From: Vicugna vicugna
Taxonomy: Eukaryota
Assembly (NCBI GenBank): GCA_013265495.1
Contig: MU058052.1
Coordinates: 13,706-77,705, forward strand
Direction of reading: 5' to 3'
DNA: 64,000 bases
A program made the position numbers and the translations under genes. This document shows positions 25,140 to 38,547 of the stretch, piece by piece. The notes under the pieces were generated by a model. The model had not been told where the DNA came from. It saw nothing but the letters and a program-made list of their open reading frames with translations, and did not search any database. How positions within the stretch are numbered: the first letter of the stretch is position 1; each line of letters begins with the position of its first letter.

Positions 25140-25330
25140 TCCCCTTGGCAAGTCGCTTCCCCTTCCTGTGCCTCAGTCTCCTTGTGGGTAAAATGGGACT
25201 GTTTTATGAGCGTTAAGTCACTCTGGGGTTATTATGAGCTTTGAGTCGATGAACACAGGGGAAAGAGTTTAAGTGTGCCAGACACGTGGCAGCATCTTGA
25301 CAAATATCACAGCATTATTATAAAGTTATT
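25140..25330 (+). mobile_element. MIR SINE fragment
   Basis: ccttggcaagtcgcttccccttcctgtgcctcagtctccttgtgggtaaaatggga...gtgccagacacgtggcag. Confidence 0.65.
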
Positions 25331-28300
25331 TGTTATTATTATTATTATGAAGCCTTCACTGGCTTGTTTATTGTCATTGATTTGGTGCCAACTCCCCCCA
25401 CGCTACCTTCTCAAAAATCCTTCAGTCCCTTTCATTCCTTTAAAAGCTTCCTCCTGGAGGTCTCTTTCCTGCCAAGTAGTCACAGTGGTACAGGGCTTGT
25501 GGAAAGGTGGAATTCCAACATTACAGGCCAAGCAGACAGTTGTGAGGGGACACAACATGTCTGGGAGGTGCTTCTGACCCTGTGTGGACAGTGAGTCCTA
25601 AAGCAGTGTCTGGAGCGTGGAACCCCCACCCACCCAGGCCTCCGGGATGGTTAACTCCTTTCCCCTGGTCTCTGCTGCCGCTTTCCAGCGCCTCCTCCTC
25701 AGGTGACCTTCTGTTCCTTCACTGCTGTGGGACAGGAGCCTGGCCAAGGAGGGTGCTTCCTTCCAACCTCCACCCTCCCTCCTGCAGTGGTTGGCTCCCC
25801 ATCCTCTCTTCCTGAACGCCAGCCTTTTTGTGCATCACGGTCAAAGTGGAACGCCTTCCAAAAACCCCATCTCTTTGACTACTGTTTTCTTGCTGCTTTT
25901 AAAACTGTTTAACAATTTTCCTGAGTTTCCTTTGTGGGTCCTCATTAAATATTTGCTAAAGCCAATTGAAAGTGGTTCCCCAACAATTGAGTCACACCGT
26001 GTCCTTGGACTTTGATCATTTCAGCTGGAAGAAGACGCTAAAAACAATTGGAGTCACACATGCAGGCTTGTGCCCCAGCTAGATACGCTGGCTTTGTTTT
26101 TCTTTGAATTTTCTTCTGGCTACTTATTCTACCATACAGCAAATCTCTCAAAAGGAAACAAATGTGCTTCTGGGAAGTTTAGTTTACTCTTATGCAAACT
26201 ACTGAGAAACAGTTGTGAAAGCATTTGACTCTGAAGTTTCAGATGGTTTCACGGTCAGAAGTGTTCAGCACATCAAATCCTTTCTGCAGAGCCGCTCTAA
26301 GCACCTCTGCGCAGTTTCTCCCTTTGCCTGGGGCAGATCTCCTGAGTCTGTTTAGGTGTGATTACAGCAGGTCATGAACTCTGCTCTGAGCCTGCATTCT
26401 TTGATGATTAGAACGCATTACTTTATAAACACAACTGCAGCAAATACAATGGTAAGTCTGAAACTGCCCATCTCACTGTGCTGGCCAGGACGCAAAACGC
26501 TGTACCAGCTGGTGTGTTCAGAGGACATGTAGCAATAGAAATATTCTTTCCTGTTTAATTTTAGTTTCTTGGAGCCAAGAAAGAGTGTCATATTTACCAT
26601 CTACTGGAAAAGGAGTAAGCTGCCAGTCACCTGAGCATCAAGAGGGTAACACAATCAAAGGCGTCTCCTGGCGAAAGAATGTGTGCGTGCAAGTGGAAAG
26701 CTGGTCATGAGTTCCAGCAGTGAGTCTGGGTCTGGGTACCAGCATGTGGTGAAGCAGGACGCAGAAACAAGCGTCCCATCACGGGTTACATAAGCCACAT
26801 GCAGACCAGAAGCCCTCTGCCCTCGGGAATGAGGTTCCCCCCAAGGTGACAGCTTTTAGCCTTGATCGCTGGAATTGGAGACGTGTTTTCTAACGAGAAA
26901 ATTGAAAATAAGGGTTTCCAAGTGCTGGAAGAGCTTCTCTGAAGAAGGAGGAGGAGAAGAGAGGTGAGGGGGCGGAGACATTCACATTTGAAGATAATTG
27001 GTTCTTGTTTTAAAAGCCAGAAGGATCTTTAAAGTCATTTTTACCATCACAGAGTTGCCGAGGCCCAGTTGCCTGATCAGGGAATGTCGGCTTGTGCTCC
27101 TACATAGAGAGGGCAGTGGAGACATCGGCCGTGAAGTTGGGGAGGCGAGGTAGGAGATGCTTCTGCTTCAGTTTTCAATTTTGAATCACCACCGACAGAG
27201 ATTAAGAACTCGCCACAGGATTACATGAATTTGGTTCTGACAAAGGAACCAACACGGACCCGCGGACTTTCTGCAATGACAGCACTGAGAAGGAGTTCTT
27301 CACAGACACCGGGACTGGGTCAAGGGTCAGGCCTCTCTCACCCTGAGAAGGAGACCCTGAAAGTTAACCCCGAGACCGACTGTGGTGAGGGACCAGCGCC
27401 TTGTGCGCCTGTGCGGAACTCCCCGCCTCCCGGGAGCAGGAAGCTGGTGCTGTGAGGCCACCTGCATTCTTCTCGGCCTCTTGCCTTTCCTTCTAAAGTC
27501 ACAAGTTAAAGTAATTCCTCTTTACTGTCCTCACAGAGCTACTGAGATTGAAGCCTCATGAAAGTCGTGTCGTTCTCCCAGTGATAATAATAAACAGAAT
27601 AATATTAGCAGCCAGCCTTTCCTGAGTACTTAGCGTGTGCCAGGCACTTCCAAGAGCTTTTCACTTAGAAACTCGCTTGCTCCTATGAGGTGGACCCTAC
27701 CATAGTTCTTGGATTCTAAGGCACGTATTTTGTTGTGATCACACATCCCTGTAATCAGAGCGCGTCTTGCAGTAAAGGGCACTGTGTAACCGCTGTCACG
27801 AGTGCTGCCTGTGCACACACATGAGGTCAGAGCTGTTTGTCTTGTCGTCGTAGTTGAGTTGTTTGCATCTTGTGGCTCCTCGGGGCTGTTTTTGTCTTCT
27901 TCACGGCTGATGAAATAATGGTGCTTTACAGAGTGACCTGCTAGAGTCAGTGAACTATAATGTTATTATCTCCATTTTCAAAACAAAGAACTGGGACATG
28001 AATAGTTCAGGAAAAGAGCGCAACTGTCCACTACATTGTTCTGCCAGACAAAGCAGAGCGGGGCACACGGCCCGACCTTCAGAATGGCACCCAGCAGAGA
28101 GCGGTGTGCCCCAGTTTCCATCACAAACACCCAGCACAGGAGGCACTGTTTCTCTAAAATCAAAATGCCTGCGGCTGGCTTCCTGCCGTCGCCCCAGACA
28201 AGGTGAGGACACCTGGAGAGGAAGAATCTTCCACGGTGCCCTCTGCCAGCCCGACATGGTGTGAATGGGAGGGACTGCATCTTCTCGCTGATGCAGCTTG

Positions 28301-28562
28301 TGAGGCAGGGGCCGTAACCTGCCCGCAAATCCACTCAGACCCGTCCCTCTGGCCCACAGGGCAATGGTCCCGGCAGGACACACAGCGATGCCTTGTCATC
28401 TGTGTGGTCCTATTTAATTCTTCCGTCCAGCAGCCAGCATTTTAGTTAAGAATGCATTGACACACGTTGGCCAGAATCCCCCTGGCTCCGAGAGCAAGAA
28501 CCCTCACTGCCTGGGATAAGGGAACAGCAGCCTGTGAGCTTGATTTCAGATAGACCTTATCT

Positions 28563-28722
28563 TACATTTTTTATTATTATTATTAGGGCTTTTTGTTTGT
28601 TTGGGGGGGAGGAGGTAATTAGATGTATTTATTACTTGTTTACTTAATGAAGGTACCGGGGATTGAACCCAGGACCTCGTGCCTGCTAAGCACACACTCT
28701 ACCCCTGAGCTGCACCCTCCCC
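28563..28722 (-). mobile_element. tRNA-derived SINE (Vic-1-like) with TSD
   Basis: Minus strand reads ggggagggtgcagctcaggggtagagtgtgtgcttagcaggcacgaggtcctgggttcaatccccggtacc. TSD tcagatagacctt(a/t)tct at 28546-28562 and 28723-28739. Confidence 0.92.
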
Positions 28723-29547
28723 TCAGATAGACCTTTTCTAAAAGAGGCAAAGTAAGGTAACTTTTTACAGAATAAATCACTTTAAGTTTGAACAGGCAGC
28801 TATTAAGAGGGAAGTATCCTCACTGAGGAGATGAAATTGACTTCTGGGCAGTCAGCCCGCGGGACGAGGGCGGTGACAGCACTGAAGTCCACGTGAACAA
28901 CCAGACTGAGGCGGGTAAGCCTCAGCCCAGCACAGAGTCCCCCAGGGGCCACGTGGTGCAGGGACCCAGGGGGCGGGTGTCACCTGTGCAGCCGGACGCT
29001 CTGGGAAAATGCACCTTACCTCGGGTTTGGGTCACTTCCATGTGCTGCTCGGTTGCACACAGTCCTTTCACAGACGTCTGGACCAACACCCTTCTCTCCC
29101 AGGTCCTAGTATTTGAGAAAAAGTGTAGCTGGAGGGGACTGGAGCATCTGTTCTAAGGACCCCATTAGTTCTGCTGTTTGTTAAGGGAAGCCAGCAACAT
29201 GCTGCCTCAGATCAGAGACAGCATCATCTCAGTTTAAACAACAGCTGTGCCCCAGAACACAGCCCACAGAACCGCTCTAGTCTGAGAATTATGGTGTTTG
29301 GATCGTGTTTCTTTCCAGTTCCTAACAGGCCAACGCAGATAGAAGGCTGAGTCCATCAACAAGGAGTGTCTCCCCTGCCCGGAATCAAAGTGACTTTACT
29401 GCCAACAGATAATAGACACTGTGTGCCTGTAATATGTCTGCTGCCAATTAAAGAATTACATCCTTTCATCTGTAAACCTTCAAATCTTAACATGCATCCA
29501 TCCAGAGTGCTTGGAACATGGCTTTGGAACTTAAAGGTGTGGCTTCT

Positions 29548-30027
29548 GTAAAAAACGACATAATGCCATTTGCAGCAACATGGATGTCCCTGGAGAATGC
29601 CATTCTAAGTGAAGTAAGCCAGAAAGAGAAGGAAAAATACCATATGAGAGCACTCATATGTGGAATCTTAAAGAAAAAAGAAAAAGGAAAATGAACATAA
29701 ATATAAAACAGAAACAGACTCATAGACATGAAATGCGAACTTGTGGTTCCCGGGGGGAGGGGGCTGGGGAGGGACAGACTAGGAGTTTGAAATTTGTAGA
29801 TATGGACAGGCATATATAGGGTAGATAAACAAGGTTGTACTGTGTAGCACAGGGAAATGTATACAAGATCTTGTGGTAGCTCACGGTGAAAAAGAGTGTG
29901 ACGATGAATATAAGTATGTTCATGTATAACTGAAAAATTGTGCTCTACACTGGAAATTGACACAACATTGTAAACTGACTATAACTCAATAAAGTAAGTT
30001 TTTGAAAAAAACCTCAAAAAAATAAAT
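29548..30027 (+). mobile_element. 5'-truncated young L1 with polyA tail and 15-bp TSD
   Basis: ataatgccatttgcagcaacatggatg...actgactataactcaataaa plus A-tail. TSD aaaggtgtggcttct (29533-29547) and aaaagtgtggcttct (30028-30042). Confidence 0.95.
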
Positions 30028-31199
30028 AAAAGTGTGGCTTCTAATGAGGCCTGTCTCAGCTCAGGGTCCAGCTCCCAACTTGTCTCCCCCAGCACCCTGG
30101 GCTCCCCGGACCTGCTTTTCTCAAAAACATACCTGCTCTCAGCCACTGCCCTCCTGATACCCTGGGGTCTCAGCAGTTCCTGACCCCAGTCGGCCTGCAG
30201 GAGGCCGTTGTGGTCCACGCAGCTGTTGTGGTCCACCTCCTCCAGGGCCCAGCTGTCACACAGGTGTTTCTCTTTCCCTTTGGATGGTTTCCTGGCTTTT
30301 GGATTTTGACAAGTTAGAAAGAGACCAAACCCAGGCAAGACCTATCTTTCATTACAGTTTGGTTGAAATGTTCCATTTTCTGGCAGCCATGAAATTAGAG
30401 TAAATTACGGCCCAAACAGAAGCAGGACTCAGGTCCACCTTCTCTCGCACCCATGTTGCAGATCAGCATAGTCTTTTGTCCACTTGCCTCGCGTGTGTCT
30501 GGGAGGCCAGCCAGCCCCTCCGGTGGATTTACAGAAACAGGACCTCGTTTGCCTCCCAGCGTTCAGACAGCGCCACACCTGCATTCAGCACCTCCACTCA
30601 ACGCAGTGGTGGGTGGCAGGTGGGTGGCGAGTCTTAGAGACCAGCCAGGGCTCCAGCATGGATGATGGTCCTCGGACCCTCACCCGCATGGCTGCAGAGT
30701 CTGCTGGGCACAGGACCTGGGGCATGTAAGCAAGCTGGAAGTCAGGGTAAAACCTCACAGAGGCCTCTGAGGCACCGGCAGCTGCCCCAGGAGGAAAGGA
30801 GAGGAGGCAGAGCTGGGGAGAAGAGTGCAGGGACCGTCGGGGCAGCCCGCCCCAGGCGTGTCCGGGTCAGACCTGCAGGGACGTCTCCTCCTCGCCAGCC
30901 GGGTGTGGCTTTGGTGGCTGCTCTGTCCCCACAACACTGACCACAGTCCTTCCCGAGGGACCAAGCAGTTCCCACAGTTGGTCCTTGTGACCCAGAGCTG
31001 AGGGACACGGGGCCATGGAGACGTGCCCCCTGGGGTCCCTGCACCATCACAAAGTCTCTTCATGGATCAGAGAAGAATCTGCCAGTATCCCTGTGGTGCA
31101 GGCTGCTGTGAGGTTGCGCTGAGGCTGTGAAAACGTGAGTATTTAAACATGAGGCTCCGTGAGACTTCCCCTGGCACCTTGGCCCCGGATCACCGACTG

Positions 31200-31590
31200 G
31201 TTATCTCTCATGTGCCCCTGGGACCCTCCTTCCACACCCCACCCACTCTCCTGCCCCAGGATGTGAGCTGCGTGGACCACAACAGCCTCCTGCAGGCCCT
31301 GACTGGGGGCAGCCCCCGGGGCCCCTGGCAGAGGAAAGAGGAGGGGAGCCGAGGCCTCCCCCCCATGGTTTGCCCTGGCTCCCTCCACCCAGGGAAGGTC
31401 TAGGGTCAGCCTGACTGCCTGGCCCAGGAGCCGCCCTCCCTGCAGGCTGAGGGGTGGAGACCGTCTGATGCATCACCCCGGGGGTTTCCTGAGACCCTTC
31501 GCATCTCCTCCCTCCTGTGTTACCCGGGATGTGGTGCATCCTCTCTCCCAATCCAGGACCACACCGGTGTGTCCTGCTTTGTTAGAAGAT
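31200..31590. mobile_element. Old ERVL-type LTR remnant
   Basis: ccaccc...tgccccagga...gctgcgtggac...cccctggcagag...ccctggctccctcc resembles ancient LTR33/LTR41-like consensus from memory; highly diverged. Confidence 0.35.
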
Positions 31591-34500
31591 GGCCCACGGT
31601 CCTTGTGACCCTGAGATGGCAGCGTGACCGGTTCCTGAAGCCATCCACCCTGAAGTTGCTAAGGTGGATTCTGGGTTCCCCGCGGGCAAGTTTCCCAGCT
31701 CTTTGCCCTTTTCACTTCTCACCGTTCTGGGCTTTTAAACATCAGCTCCAGTTCTGATATTTGGTGAATGAATCACGTTGACGTGAAGGCACAGGACACA
31801 TTCTCTGTCATTCGTGGAATTTCCTTATTCGTACGTTCTCAGTCAATGAGGAAGATAATGAGTAACAACTGTGTTACACAGGTCCTGTCTCTGAGGACGT
31901 GACATCCATCTGCCGTCCGGTTCTCACAAGGGCTCCAGCGGGGGGCACTGTGGTTATGGCATTGCCACTTACTGGGTAGGAAACGAGGCTCCCAGAGGTG
32001 AGGCATCACCTGGGGACATGCACCTGGTTAGTGGTGCTCTGGGATCACCGATGCCAACAGGTGGCTCTTTGGCAGCCTGGCTGATCGGTGGTGGCTCACG
32101 TATCTGAAGTGGTGTTTTGTATACTTAGTGGTGTAGAGCAGACCACTCCACAACTTAGGTGCATAAAATGTTTATTATTTCCTTGCACTTACTAGTCCAC
32201 TTGAAAAGCAGTCACCACAGGTGTGCTCTTAGCCATGATTTCTGCGTCTGTTATCCTGGATGAAGTGGACACCAGTGAGAGGGCAGGACATGGATACCAC
32301 AGGGTGATGGGGTGATGAGCGTGGGACGAAGAGGGTTTAGATGAATGAATAGTGAGGAGCAAGTGCAGGGAACAAGGATCAGGCTCACCTTGGAGAACTG
32401 CGCCCTGCCCTTCAGACCTTGACCCCGTCCTCCATCTGTGACCTGCAGCACAGCCCGAGTGCAGCCATGGGGCCAGGAGGGCAGGACACCCCACAGCTAC
32501 AAGGGGCCGGCCCCTCAGACTCTGGGGACTGGCGTCGCCGAGACGTGGATGGAAAGGCAGGGCTCGTTCTGCCTCCAGAAAATTAACCTAATAAATTCAA
32601 CAAATGCAATCAACTTGTGTCTGATTTAGTAAAACCAGAGAACTATCATTTAATACGGAGAAAAGAAATTGAGACACTTCATGTTCAAAAACTACCTAAG
32701 ACGTCGCTGGTGGGAGGTCTTGGGGAACAGTCGAAGACAGTCACAAAACCAAAGGAAGCAGGTGCAACTTTAAGTCAACTAAGTACAGGCTACACCACTG
32801 AGTGTTGGCACTTTTGGTTTTCAAAATAAAAGCCAGATTAAATGAATGAAAATAAATACTTAAAGAAGTCCAAGCAAAATATATACCTTCTTCACCTAAA
32901 ATATTGGCCTAAATGTTTACTTTTGTTTTAATAAAACCTGGCCTCCGTACAGTATGTGTACTTTTCAAACTAGGTTCATGTTCCTCAACTGCTCTAGAAG
33001 GGACATTTTTAAAATATTTTATTTCACCAACCTGCTGTGGTCCCAGTTCTGTGTAAGAATAATTACACATTGAAAGAATTGGACGAAATCCTTGATCACG
33101 GTTTACTCTGCAGAGTTGTAGATGAATGTAATTTGACAGAAATTGGACGACAGTAGCTAATTCATTCCCTGCAGTCTGCAACGGAGGAAGACCGCTCACT
33201 GAGATGTCAGAGACTGGGGGTCCCGAGTGTCACCAATAGTCTCCAGCTCTCCCTGAATAAGCGCTTCATTGCAGGTCGGGCCTGCCGTCCACTCTCCTGT
33301 GGCTGCTGGTGTCTCCTACAGGGATTTCGGGTGGGCTGGAATGTGCTGTTCAGCTGATGGACATTTACAAACACGCCCCGAGGGTAAATTCTGTCCGGTG
33401 TCAGAGGTGCGAGGACTTGGTCTGTCATTCCAGGAAACCTAGTCTTGCAGGAAGGAGGCAGACAACACAGCTGTTTGTAATCGGAAGTCCCTGCCTCTCA
33501 AGATACAGACAGACTTGTCTCCTGCTGTTGCCAGGTGTATGGCTTGTGAAGGTTCAGAAGCTGCCCTGGGATTCCCTCCATTTCTCTCCTCACCCCTGGG
33601 CTCCTGCTTCTGCACCTGCTGCTTCTCTGTAAGTTGCACCAACTGATAGTTCAGCATCTCTGTAAGTTCCATTCTAAAACATTTTCATTCATGAGCCTGA
33701 ATCTTCACAGAGAGTGATGTGAAGGGAAGCAGATGAGAGGGGAGAGATCACAGGAGCACCACAGTATGTGCAAGCTCAGGGGGCAGAGAATCTGGGGACA
33801 GAACATCACCCAGAAACATTTGTGTCCACCAGTAACCCCCCATGCCTACCATGCTGTCGTGGGCTCCCAGCACACCTGCCTCATCCTGGTGGCTCCCAAC
33901 CTGGCCTCCACGTACCAACCTTCCCTTCTCTCCTGGGTAGTAATGGAAGCTCCAGATTATTTTTCTTCCAATAGGTGGGGCAACATGCCATTCCTTGGAA
34001 GAAAAAGAGATGATAAATGTGGAGAAAGGACAGAGACTGGAGGGAGAGTCACAAAGCCAGTGTCCATCCAGTAGGATTCTGTGAAGAGAAAGCAGAGATG
34101 AGTTGGGGTGGGAAAATCACTGAGAGAAGTAATAGAAGAAAATCAGTCTTGGCTGAAGAAACGTAGGCATCTTCAGACAGAATTTGGGCAGAATAAGTCT
34201 TAAAAGACTTGCAGAGCTCTTGAGGGAGTTTCAAGATGAAGAGAAAATTCTGAAAGCGTCTGAAGAATCGAAGCAGGTTACCCAAAGGACGAAGCAGGGT
34301 GCCCCGACGTCTCGGCAGAAGCACTGACCCCCGCGGGCAGCGGTATTTCTGCACACGCTTGAAGCAGGGTCGGAGGGACTGTAATAAAGACTCACTTTTT
34401 CCTCCTGCCCTGCTGTTGTTTTAATTTTTACAGTCATCTCATTACTTTTATAATTAAGTGATTTTAAAAGAAAACATTAACTGGCGGCAGCGAATAGAAA

Positions 34501-36125
34501 TCATTGCTGGGGAGAGAGACTAAAAGCTGATAAATCAATTAGAAGTTTACTTCACGAGTTGCCGGCAAGAAACTGAGGGGGGGAAAAGCCAGAGAAACAG
34601 AGGAGAGGCCGGGTCCAATGAGCATCTAGGTGACATTTCTGATGACTTGGTGAGTTACTGGAATGAAGAATAAAACAGAAAGTTGCCATAAAGACGATTC
34701 TAGAAATCCTGGTCCAAACGGTGGGATGAGTGGTCACGCCGTTCGGGCAGGAAGGACCACAGGAGGGGCAGACTCACCGTGGCTGCGGGGGGAAAGGCAG
34801 TAACATGTTTACTCCGACTTGGAGCTTCTGGTAGAATGTGTGTACAAGAGGTCCTGCCTGCTCTGACATGGAGGCCAGAGCTTGGAGGGTGTCAGGTGCA
34901 GAAATAGCTGGGCCTGGGGAGAGGGGATGGAGGCTGGTGTCAGGGCCCCAGGGGCAGCCCCGTTCAGGGCAGAGGGGCCAGTGTCAGAGTGGCCGGGGGC
35001 ACGAATCCAGGGAGCTCCATGTCACAGCTACAGGGGGGCATGTTCAACAGGGTTGCCACATCAGGAGGAGTAGAAATGCGAGTTTTGGCCCCTGACGATG
35101 AGAAATTTGGGGTTAGTCATATTTGAATGGTCAGATGATCTTGCATTATATGCTGAGTGGTTGATCAGGCTGCTGGAATATGGGCATCTCTTCATCACTG
35201 AGGCTCTTTTAAAATCTAAAGAAAGACAAGGGTAGAAAGCTCCTTTCGGCTCACACGTCCACCAGAATTCCAGGGGGAGAACTGCAGTCAGAGAAAAACT
35301 TTCAGAGGGGGTTTCCAGGGCTTCCAGCTGAGGTCACTGCACATCCAAGGTGCTCAGGCCGAGGGGAGGATGGGCATGGTGCCGGGGCCCGGGGACCAGA
35401 GCCGGCAGGAGAGGACGCGGAGTCTGAGCACCTGAGGACGTGATACTTCTTCCTAAATCAATGGGCGAGTAAATGTCCCAGGTGGAATTTCCTGCAGAGT
35501 AAAGTCTTAATCACTTACACTCCCAAGACCTATGACCTGTGAAAATTCACATGGGGAAGACTGAGACTTCCCTAATGTATGTGTTGATGAGAGAGGACGG
35601 TGCATCTCAGACAGTGCACAGCGGAGGTGGGTCCCTCACAGTTTTTAGCTTGTCACATCTGCGCTGAACACATGTTCTCTCCTGAACTTCTCTGGTACAT
35701 ACCAGCAGCACGTCTGGTTCGATCATTTACCATCTTTGTCTTGCCTGCTTCTGACCACACACATTTACCTTGTCCTCCCGAGTGTGGGACACACGGTCGG
35801 TGCCTCTGCCTCCTTTTAACTCCCTGCCACCCCTGGGAGGGGCCTAACACACAGCAGGGCCTTTCCTGCCGCCTGGCCGTCAGTCATCACGTTACTCAGA
35901 GAGAGACTGCTGGGAACAGCTGTCATCTTACTTCCCTGTCTAGTGTTCAGGCCTGTGTTAAAAGCATGTTAATGTACATGAGAGCCTGTGATTTTCACAA
36001 GAATTTCTTAATTAGGAGAGAAAGTTTGCTACCATTTAATGGATGGGTAAACTGACACCTGAGGCATTCAGTGGTTTTGTTTTTCCCTAAGATTCGGTAC
36101 TAACTTAAATTCAGATTCTTTGAAT

Positions 36126-36583
36126 CTTTTTTTAAATTGAACTATAGTCAATTTACAATGATGTGTCAATTTCTGGTGCACAGCATCACGCTCCATTCAT
36201 ATATACACATACATAGGTTCCTTTTCATATTCTTTTTCATTACAGGTTACTATAAAATATTGAATGTAGTTCCCTGTGCTCTACAGTAGGGCCTTGTTGT
36301 TTATCTATTTCATATGTAATAGTTAGTATCTGCAAATCTTGACTCCCAGTTTATCCCTTCCCACCCCCTTCCATCCCTGGCAGCCATGTTTGTTTTCTAT
36401 GTCTGTGAATCTGTCTCTGTTTTGTAAATAAGTTCATTCATGTCTTTTTATTTTAGATTCCACATCTGAGTGATATCATATGGTATTTTCCTTTCTCTTT
36501 CTGACTGACTTCACTTAGTATGATAATCTCTAGGTCCATCCATGTTGCCGCAAGTGGCAATATTTTATTCTTTTTTATGGCTG
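36126..36583 (-). mobile_element. L1 3'-end fragment
   Basis: ttttttaaattgaactatagtcaatttacaatg...gttccctgtgct...ccatccatgttgcc...ttttatggctga. Confidence 0.9.
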
Positions 36584-38547
36584 AAGCTCTCTGTACTGTC
36601 TGCTCAGAACCACAAGCTCACTCCTTGGGGAAGTCCGTCTTGCTAGTTTAATGGTTGAAGTTTCCACTTCTCCAATGCCTGATCCCTGCCAGCGTCCTTC
36701 AGTAACAAGTGCAGAGTAATGCAAGTGCTCTGGAGAAGGCACAAGAGCAAAGCTAGTTTCTAGTGTCACTCTTTGAAATGCATGGCATGCCTTTACATCT
36801 CTCAAATGCCTGTGTCTGTGGTCCTTGTGGGGTGACCTAGTCCTTTGACTGGGACTGGGGGTTTTCCTGGAACATAGGAAATTTGGTGCCAAAACCGAGA
36901 AGGTCCTGGGCAAATCCAGCTGAGGTGCTGGCCCTAGTTTACACCCAAGATGAACAGAGATGTTGCAGCATCGCTGAGATCAAGGTCTTGACTGAGGCGT
37001 CGGGTGCTTTTGGCGGCTGGGATGCTCAGAGAGCATCTGCTATTATTCCTTCCGATCCCCCATCCCTGCATCCTGCCCAGCCCCCTCTTCGCCCGTCCAC
37101 AGAGTCTCTCCCTCCTCTTTGGATGCGTGTCCTGGTAACAGTGCCAGGAAAGGAGGCAGGCTTTCGGTCTGGGCTGCCAGGGTCTGGTTGTGACACACAC
37201 ATATTTGTGTTTGGGAGGGAAGTGCTGGAGAGGACCCATCCCCCCCCAGCGGGTTTGAGGCGTGAGCCCAGCGCTGCGTGTGCAGATGTGAAGGATGAGA
37301 AATAACAAGCGTCTGTTGTGACCCTGAGTCTCCCAGGAGATGCCGATGCCCCCGCTCCTGCTGACTCCAGAGGTTAGAACTCATTGCGGATAAAGGCGGG
37401 AGACTTGAACGAAGCCGTCGGCAAAGGGCCAAAAATTATTTGAAACCAGGGGAGCAGCCCCACCTGAACACCAGGTGGCCCCCACTAAGTCGTGCCAGCC
37501 TTGTGAGGAAAAGCTGAGCCATGCAGCTCGGATCCAGCTGCACTGAAGACCCCACAGCATGAGTCTTCTGGTTTGTAGCCGGAATTCATTTAAAGGTGGT
37601 GCCCAGTGAGGGCTAGCAGCCTCTCCAGTCTCGTGAAGAAAATGAAAAGTGTCTATCTCTTGGCTTGGTTCCTGCCTCTTGTTGTCTATCTTTTTTTTTC
37701 CCCCAATCACATGGCCATCACATTCGTCTTCATTGTTTGTTTTTTTCTTAAAAGTCCTGGACTATACTATTACTGCAAAAGACACTGTGAACTCTGTCAG
37801 TCGTGTTTAAAAAGTAATACTAGCAGTAACTTAATGGGAAGCCCATGGCAGGGATGGTGGTGCTGGAGGGGGCACTGGGGAGGCAGGGTGGCTGCCCTGG
37901 GCTGGAGGGGGTTTCTGCCAGAGGTCTATTCTTCCCTGGAAACTCCCATGTGTGTATCATACGTGTTTGAAATAGCTTTCTCCAATTTGGAAAACCATGA
38001 AGTCGCAATAAACAAATGGAACGTTGGTGAAAAAAAGCTTTACAGGCCCCACGCATGCCTTTACAAGCGCTTATTAAAGGGGCTCATTTTGCCTGTGCTT
38101 TTGGGGACAGAACACTCGTGCTCAACCACACTTTCAGATGTGGCTGGGCCCTGTCCTGTCACTGGCTGGGGGAAATCACTCACTGGTCATTATTTTTTCT
38201 GAGAGATCATAAGAAGAGGACCTCATGCTGGGAGAGGAGCCGAGGGCAGCACGAGATGAAGTCTCTCCTGGTAACCATGCCCGTGTCTTCCCCAAGCCCA
38301 TCCTCGACTGCCCTGCAGGGATAGCTCTGAGGGCAGGGCCTTTCCCAGGAGCTGTTTGAATTCTCCAGAGCTGAACCCGGGAGGGGAAGGCTGCAGCAGC
38401 AGTAGCCCAGCAGGTTGCAAATGCTTAAGACCTGAGATGGGAAAGACTGAGGGACTGGGGTCCCTTGACTAAAGGAGCTGCTGAGAGTGAGAATCCTGTG
38501 TATGGGGGGGTACGGTGGGGGGTTGGCCCAGACTTCTTGCAAGGCAT

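Noticed and set aside
37606..38202. 198-aa ORF
   Set aside because: No recognisable homology, splice structure or coding pattern; likely chance.
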